Positions 57,893-64,000 of a DNA stretch of 64,000 nucleotides are shown here, piece after piece. Where the stretch lies: assembly GCA_032128875.1 (NCBI GenBank), contig JAVLKG010000002.1, positions 1,024,001 through 1,088,000 on the forward strand, written 5' to 3'. Each line of letters begins with the position of its first letter. Position 1 is the stretch's first letter. The DNA comes from Candidatus Melainabacteria bacterium 17Bon1m. Its GTDB lineage: Bacteria > Cyanobacteriota > Vampirovibrionia > Obscuribacterales > Obscuribacteraceae. A program made the translations under genes and the position numbers. A model generated the notes under the pieces. The model saw only the letters and a list, made by a program, of their open reading frames with translations, did no database searches and had not been told where the DNA came from.

Positions 57893-59217
57893 TATGGCTT
57901 GCCCTCGATTTTTGAGGTCTGCGTGCGTCTGAGTCGCTCTTCGTGCCGCTTTAGGATCGCACGAAGTTTTTGAATGGAGCCCAGCGGGTTCTTGTTTTTC
58001 GATGAATCCGTCAGAAGCTCTATTGCTGTGGAAAAACATTCATCAGTCGCAAATGATTTTGAAATCGCTTTGGCAAGTTCTGAAAAGCTTCTGATATCCT
58101 GTGTTTGTGACGTTTTTTCAGCAGGTGATGTAGATGCTGTCAGTGCAGAAATTATGTATTCGTCAAAAGAACGGTACACAAATTCATTCTCAGTCGAGCC
58201 GGAAAAGAAATTATCCTCGGTCAATTCCGGTGGCACTAAAGGCGGTGTCATTGAGTTTAGCTGTAAAAATGAATCGCAGACTGCAATCAACAGATTGTGA
58301 GCAGTTTTTACCGAAGAATTTAAGGGTTGCTTTTCTTCAGGATGAGGCAAAAATGACAGGCAAACAAAATCCTCGCCGATGTGAAAGTCCAGAAGGTGAG
58401 GCAGGAGTGCAAGACCGCTGATTTGAATCGAAGAAAGATTGTTTGCAAGTTGCTTTCTTGTATCGGATTCAAGCGAGCCTGAGAGATTGAATCGTCTAAT
58501 GCAAACGGTTCGACAGTCTGTCCAGAGATCCTGCCAGAGTTCTTGCCAAACGTCATGCTCTTTCCATTCAGCGGCATCAGTTTGTTGGATAAGTTTGTAA
58601 CGTCCCAACCAATTTTCAAAATGTGTGTTTCTCTGATCTCTTGTAAGCCCCTGCACAGGCTCTTTCGACTGCGCCGGTTTTGATGTTTCAGTGCATTGAG
58701 TAATGGTATCGAGCGGTATGACTTTGAAGCTAAGACTGACCTGCGGGGCTACTGGACGCTTTTGGCTTCGTTTGCAAATCTGTCGGGAAAGCCTCTCTAA
58801 AACCATCGTTGACTCTGTCTTCGCTGTCTCAGGAAGGTAAATGAAATACTTGCCGGAGCCTGCATAAGCCACGCGGTCTTCATGACGCAATTGCGTACTA
58901 ATTTCTCGCTCAATAACTTGCGCCAGCTTTTCGGCTTGTTCGGAACTCTTAGATTTTGCAATATGAGCAAATTCGAATAGCTCGATAGATGCCAATGTAA
59001 ACTTATTGTTTGTGGTCTTCGCTGCGTCTATAAGGTCTTTGCAGGATACTGATTTGCTGTCTATTCCGCTCTTCTCGGATTTTGCCGCGCGTAGGCGCCT
59101 TTCCAGACCTGGGCGCAGTATTTCTGCCTCAGCCTCTGATGTCGAACGCTCTGGCTTCTGCTTTTCCGGCTTCTTTTCGGGAGACAAAATGATGCTCCTC
59201 TTCCGATAGAGTGGCAT
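57892..59217 (-). CDS. Degenerate GGDEF domain fused to a pseudokinase-like domain
   Basis: LRHEDRVAYAGSGKYFIYLPET; LPHLLDFH...LNSMTPPLVPPELTEDNF...DIRSF. Confidence 0.55.
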   Translation of the reverse strand: MPLYRKRSIILSPEKKPEKQKPERSTSEAEAEILRPGLERRLRAAKSEKSGIDSKSVSCKDLIDAAKTTNNKFTLASIELFEFAHIAKSKSSEQAEKLAQVIEREISTQLRHEDRVAYAGSGKYFIYLPETAKTESTMVLERLSRQICKRSQKRPVAPQVSLSFKVIPLDTITQCTETSKPAQSKEPVQGLTRDQRNTHFENWLGRYKLIQQTDAAEWKEHDVWQELWQDLWTDCRTVCIRRFNLSGSLESDTRKQLANNLSSIQISGLALLPHLLDFHIGEDFVCLSFLPHPEEKQPLNSSVKTAHNLLIAVCDSFLQLNSMTPPLVPPELTEDNFFSGSTENEFVYRSFDEYIISALTASTSPAEKTSQTQDIRSFSELAKAISKSFATDECFSTAIELLTDSSKNKNPLGSIQKLRAILKRHEERLRRTQTSKIEGKP

Positions 59218-59265
59218 TGAGGCCAGGCTGTAATATACTTGTGAGATCCTATCAGATCGGAATAA

Positions 59266-59730
59266 TTGCCAATGGCCAAAAAAGAGCCTAAACCTCTTCA
59301 GCTAGTATGCGACCTGGCGCCTACGCTGGCGCAAAGAGTGTTTCAAATTCGTGAGATGCGAAATCTTACTGTCAAAGATTTGGCGAAATTGTCGCGATTC
59401 AGCGTGAGCCGAATTGAGGACATCGAATCAGGCGTTGAAACCTGGCTATCAGCCAGCGACAGACAGTTGCTGGCACGCGCGCTGAATGTTGAACCTGTGT
59501 TATTGCTGGAGGTTGAAGCAAAACGCTTAGACAGCGCCAGCGAAGAAGAAAAGTTGAAGGTTCATACGGAACTGGCGGAGAAAATTCTGACAGGGTTGAG
59601 GGAAGCAAGTTGCCCTAACTGCGGCGGTTCTCTTAAATGCTCTGTTGAACATGGTCTTGATCTGGACGGCAAAGTTCAAGAATATGCCAAAGCTTTTTGC
59701 CTCAAATGTCCGTTCGTGCTTAGAGCTTAG
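59266..59730 (+). CDS. XRE/Cro HTH regulator with a C-terminal zinc ribbon
   Basis: IREMRNLTVKDLAK...IEDIESG; CPNC...CLKC. Confidence 0.75.
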   Translation: MPMAKKEPKPLQLVCDLAPTLAQRVFQIREMRNLTVKDLAKLSRFSVSRIEDIESGVETWLSASDRQLLARALNVEPVLLLEVEAKRLDSASEEEKLKVHTELAEKILTGLREASCPNCGGSLKCSVEHGLDLDGKVQEYAKAFCLKCPFVLRA

Positions 59731-59756
59731 CGATTTTCTATTTTGGAGTCTTTACT

Positions 59757-60575
59757 TTGAGAATTCTTCTTTCCAACGATGATGGCATCAATGCGCCCGG
59801 CATTCGCGCATTGGCAGAACGGCTTTCAAGAGACAGCAATCATGAAGTTTACGTGGTCGCGCCTGATCGCGAACGCAGTGCAACAGGGCATTGCCTGACA
59901 CTTCATAAACCCTTGCGCGTAACCGTTGAAGAGTTGCCTGGGAATGTGAAGAAGGCCTGGTCAACTACCGGCACGCCCAGTGATTCGGTAAAGTTGGCGG
60001 TATCCGAGTTGCTGCCTGAAAAACCAGATCTTGTGATTTCTGGAATCAACAATGGACCGAATTTAGGAAGCGAAATTCTTTACTCTGGTACAGTTGCCGC
60101 CGCCATGGAAGCTGCTTTTCTTGGACTTTCTTCAATTGCTGTGAGTCTATTTTGGGGTGAAACTCGTCGCTTCGATGTTGCTGCGGAGTTTATAGCCAGA
60201 TTGATTGGCTCCGTTCCTGATATGAAAATGCGTGAGCGCAGTCTACTGAATATCAATGTTCCCAACGTTCCGTTTGATGAAATTGCCGGAGTTTCAGTCA
60301 CCGAGGCTGGTATCAGATTGTACGATGATCGTTTTGAAAGACGCGAAGATCCGCGCGGCAAAACCTATTACTGGCTGACAGGACACGCGGTGGACAAGGA
60401 TGAAGCGAAGACAAGCGATGTCTATGCTGTTTTGAACAAGAAAATTTCAATCACGCCGGTCGTGTTTAACATGACAGATCATCAAGCCGTCACCAGATTG
60501 AGCGCCCTTGCTCAAATCGATGCGGCGCTTGAAACAGCTAAGATTGCAGGAAAAGAAGAAGCTGCCAGAAAGTAG
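59757..60575 (+). CDS. surE: 5'/3'-nucleotidase SurE
   Basis: ILLSNDDG, GTPSD, SGINNGPNLG, YSGTVAAA. Confidence 0.95.
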   Translation: MRILLSNDDGINAPGIRALAERLSRDSNHEVYVVAPDRERSATGHCLTLHKPLRVTVEELPGNVKKAWSTTGTPSDSVKLAVSELLPEKPDLVISGINNGPNLGSEILYSGTVAAAMEAAFLGLSSIAVSLFWGETRRFDVAAEFIARLIGSVPDMKMRERSLLNINVPNVPFDEIAGVSVTEAGIRLYDDRFERREDPRGKTYYWLTGHAVDKDEAKTSDVYAVLNKKISITPVVFNMTDHQAVTRLSALAQIDAALETAKIAGKEEAARK

Positions 60576-60604
60576 AACGATTAAAGAGAAGCTGAAAGCA
60601 ATAA

Positions 60605-61351
60605 ATGTCTGAGTCTAAGTCTAAACCTGACCAAATAACATCCGGACTCGATCCGGATCTCGCAGCCAGGACTTTTTTCCGTGATCCTCAATGGCTATTC
60701 AAGACAGGTATCGGCGGTTTTTTGAATGTTTTGTCCTTCATTCTCTGCGCCGTGAATTACCTTCTGATTCCGATTGCGTTTCTCCTCTGGGGAGTAGTTA
60801 CCGGCTATGTATTGCGTGCGGCCCGGACGCACATCAAAAATCCAGAAGACAAATTGCCTGAGTGGAATGATTGGTTAGACCTACTAATATCTGGTCTCAC
60901 GTGGATGGCTATCTACACTGGGCAATTGCTCTTTTTCTTCTCCGTGTTTTCCACTTTGATGCTTGTGGGACTCTCCTTCGGCATGGTCAGCGCGGCCAAC
61001 CCAAGCAACTTAGCTTGGTCTTTTGGAAGCCTTTATGGTCTCGTCGCGTTGGCTTCGGTCATCAGCATGAATTCAGCGTATTTGATGATCAACTTGGCTC
61101 AAGAAGAGCAGCTTTCCGGTGCGTTTGCAGTCAATGTCGTCATTTCGAAAGTGCTGTCGCGACCGGCGGACTTCATTCTTGCCTGGTTGTTGTCATTGGG
61201 AATTCAATTGGCGGCGATTGTTTTGCCGGCATTAACTGTCGTCGGCTTGTTCTTTCTGCCGTCGATTTGGTTTGCAGGTCAAGTGCTGAGCGCGTTGGTA
61301 CTCGCCCAAGTGTGGGCTTCGGTACCGCGTGAGGCGAAAGTTAGTGCTTGA
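60605..61351 (+). CDS. DUF4013-like membrane protein
   Basis: DPQWLFK..IG, GY.LR, LPEWNDW; multiple TM helices. Confidence 0.7.
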   Translation: MSESKSKPDQITSGLDPDLAARTFFRDPQWLFKTGIGGFLNVLSFILCAVNYLLIPIAFLLWGVVTGYVLRAARTHIKNPEDKLPEWNDWLDLLISGLTWMAIYTGQLLFFFSVFSTLMLVGLSFGMVSAANPSNLAWSFGSLYGLVALASVISMNSAYLMINLAQEEQLSGAFAVNVVISKVLSRPADFILAWLLSLGIQLAAIVLPALTVVGLFFLPSIWFAGQVLSALVLAQVWASVPREAKVSA

Positions 61352-61865
61352 CGACGGTCTTTAGACGACCTTCATTCGTAAAGTACAGCTGGTGATTAAC
61401 AGGACCCTGGACATATGGCGAGCCAACAGGCGTGGCCATTGGCATTGAATGGTTCTGCTTGTACCAAGCAGCCAACCATTTCCAGACTTCCATGACCTTC
61501 TGATAGCTGACTTTGGCAAACTTGTTACCCGCCACCCATGCTGCGTCCGCAGCTTCTTCCAGGGACTTGGGAACGGTGATTGTTGTAGTGCGCCCCTGTG
61601 TCTGAACAATTGGAGTAGTCTGTCTGGGTTGGGGGCTCGGCGCCATGTTCGGGACCGTAATCGTAATCGGGCGCGGCATTCCCGGGATCACTGCGGCTAT
61701 CTGTCTATGGTTGTTATCGGACTGCTTGTCTACGTGCTTGGCAAGTGATTGTTGTCCGCTGAGGAGGGCAGCAGTCAGGCAGATACCGGCGAGGATATGC
61801 CGACGATTCTTAATGGATATAGACAGTTGCATCTTTTTTGAAATTGCCTTTGCGACCGAAAACAC
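61341..61865 (-). CDS. Hypothetical exported protein
   Basis: Signal peptide ending SLA; 174-aa ORF. Confidence 0.55.
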   Translation of the reverse strand: MFSVAKAISKKMQLSISIKNRRHILAGICLTAALLSGQQSLAKHVDKQSDNNHRQIAAVIPGMPRPITITVPNMAPSPQPRQTTPIVQTQGRTTTITVPKSLEEAADAAWVAGNKFAKVSYQKVMEVWKWLAAWYKQNHSMPMATPVGSPYVQGPVNHQLYFTNEGRLKTVVKH

Positions 61866-62287
61866 ACACCAGGGTGCCTTCCGGCGCCGATTATCCCATA
61901 AGAACGTCGTCGAAAGCCGCTCGGCTGGATTATATCTTGATAACCGATTGGTATCTTTGGCCGGATCTTGTCACTGCATCCCCAATTTGGGCGCTTGAAT
62001 CTGTCGTAAAGTGTGCTCAATACACTCTTTGGAGCTGCGAGCACTTATGGTAGGATAGGCATAATTCTGGCACAGTTAAGCCAGAGCCTGTGTACATTGG
62101 TTAATGGACGAAACGCAAACTAACAAGTCCAGCTCAGACGACCCCCCTCAGTGGTGCTCGTCTTTTCGTGCGGCAAGTTATACAGCAGCTTTCATATATT
62201 CAAAACTCCGGCTCGTGCAAGGCATACAGCCGGTTTTCCATTTAAGAGCCTTTTGCGACCGATAAACAAGGAGTAAGCATCCAGCGT

Positions 62288-63691
62288 TTGGATGCGTGAT
62301 TTGCCATTCTTCAAATTCTGTGGATTCCAGTTCTAATCATCTTTAACGCCTTTTTCGTGGCGGCGGAGATGGCGCTCGCGCGTGTCAGAAGAACCCGTAT
62401 CGATCAGTTGGCCGAAGAGGGCAACCGCGCAGCTATTTTGACTCAACGCGCGATGGAAGATACGGACGGATTTATCTCTGCCTGCCAATTAGGAATCACA
62501 ATCGCAACCCTGTGTTTGGGTGCGGTGGGCGAATCGACGTTTGCTGAAGATCTGGCAAAGCTTGTGGAGAGTGTTTTCTCCGGAGTTATTTCGAGCGCAT
62601 CGATTCTCACAGCTGTCAAAGGATTTTGCTACATTCTTGCCTTCTGCGTAACGGCGTTTTTGCAGACAGCATTCGGTGAATTGCTGCCAAAACAGTGGAC
62701 ATTCCAGAGAGCCGAGCAAACCATTTTGCTTTTCATCTATCCGATGAATGTATGGTGCTGGATAACACGACCGTTCAACTATGTATTGAAAGGCTTCACT
62801 GAAATTGTGATGCGAGCATGCGGCGTCAAGGATGTGCTGGAGCATGAGCAAGTACACACTGAAGAAGAGCTGAAAATGCTCGTGTCCGAAAGCCATGAAG
62901 GTGGTGTGCTTGAGCCTGAAGAGGAAGAGATGCTGCACAGTGTCTTCGACTTCGCCGAAACCACAGCCGGCGAGATCATGACTCCTCGAACAGATCTTAT
63001 AGGTATTGCAGGCAGTGCCACGGTCAAGGCATTCGTTGATGTGGCTCTTAAACACGGTTTCTCCCGCCTGCCCGTATTCGAAGACAATCCGGACAACATA
63101 TTTGGATTGGTGCATATCCGCGACTGTTTGCGTGCGATTCTAGAGCACAAAGAATCAACGAGCGTGGGCGAACTAGCCAGAAAGGTTCTGGTTGTTCCTG
63201 AGAATAAGAGCCTTGGCGATTTGTTGCCGGAGTTTCAAAAGATGAAAACTCACATGGCAATTGTTGTCGACGAGTATGGTGCTACTCGCGGTATCGTCAC
63301 GTTGGAAGACTTGCTTGAGGAATTAGTCGGCGAAATCGCTGATGAATACGACATCGTCAAAGAGTATATTCAACCGCAAATCGATGGATCGATCATAATC
63401 GACGGTAAACTTGACCTTGAAGAAGCGAATGAAAAGCTCGGTTTGAACATCGAAGACGAAGAATTCAACACAATGGGCGGTCACGTTTTTGGCATGCTCG
63501 GTCACGCACCTGAATTGGGCGATGAGATCAAAACAGATGAATACATTCTGCGAGTGGAAGAGTCTGATCGCCGTCGCATCAACAAGCTGCGTCTGATCAT
63601 GTTGAAGTCGCCCGTGCCTGCACCAGAAAACGGCACGAGCACAACTAGTAAGAAGCGTAATACGAAGTCAGTGGAGGTTCCTCGCAATTAG
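62288..63691 (+). CDS. HlyC/CorC (CNNM-CBS-CorC) family transporter; 5' end interrupted by an in-frame TGA at 62297
   Basis: NAFFVAAEMAL begins upstream of the called GTG (62357); QLGIT, GELLPK, IMTPR, FSRLPV, VDEYG...TLEDLLEELVGEI. Confidence 0.85.
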
Positions 63692-63722
63692 CGCGACGGA
63701 GACACCTACAAAAGCCCAACTG

Positions 63723-64000
63723 ATGAAGGCAGCCCGCGTTTTTCATACGAAAAAACGTCTAGGTCAGAATTTCCTCGTTGACCCCGATGTTCTCTCCAGA
63801 ATCGCCGGCGCACTGGAATTAGATTCTACAGATTGTGTCGTAGAAATCGGTCCCGGTCTAGGTTTTCTGACCAGGTTTCTTTCACCTTATGGCTGCCGTA
63901 TCCTTGCAGTGGATCTCGATCGTGAGTGTGTCGAAGAACTCGAGAAAAGCAATTACGAAGGTGTTGAAATCTTTCATCAGGACTTCCTTCAGTTCGATTT
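63723..64000 (+). CDS. rsmA: 16S rRNA dimethyltransferase RsmA/KsgA, 3'-truncated by the window edge
   Basis: Not in the ORF track; my translation gives MKAARVFHTKKRLGQNFLVD...VVEIGPGLGFLT...AVDLD. Confidence 0.93.
   Translation, partial: MKAARVFHTKKRLGQNFLVDPDVLSRIAGALELDSTDCVVEIGPGLGFLTRFLSPYGCRILAVDLDRECVEELEKSNYEGVEIFHQDFLQFD

Noticed and set aside
57893-58039. N-terminal extension of the nurA ORF in the track
   Set aside because: It lies inside the upstream gene; the TAATG overlap gives a better start at 57892.
62297-62299. Selenocysteine or genome-wide UGA reassignment
   Set aside because: The position is not a catalytic Cys site, no SECIS-like hairpin is evident, and other genes here (rel, rdgB, mqnA) use TGA as stop.

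Overview
A 64 kb chromosomal window of mostly housekeeping, envelope and signalling genes. I saw no rRNA, tRNA, CRISPR array, transposase or phage genes. The gene content suggests a non-photosynthetic relative of cyanobacteria (Vampirovibrionia/Melainabacteria, Obscuribacterales-like). That placement is inference from long-form HflX, futalosine-pathway MqnA/MqnE, many Ser/Thr kinases and TPR proteins, NurA and DprA. Best novelty candidates: (1) a compact RiPP locus with a 52-aa precursor (2903-3061) ending in an unusual ...SSFGEGGA core and an FxsB-like cyclophane-forming radical SAM/SPASM enzyme (3125-4348), with a divergent PP-loop/Zn enzyme next to it; (2) a CtpA tail-specific protease followed by two exported low-complexity proteins that both end in LRxLRF; (3) three zinc-ribbon Ser/Thr kinases, one of 1792 aa with internal Thr-centred repeats, in line with a NarL/HisKA_3 pair; (4) a degenerate GGDEF-pseudokinase fusion translationally coupled to nurA; (5) two candidate structured small RNAs, each with its own promoter and terminator.
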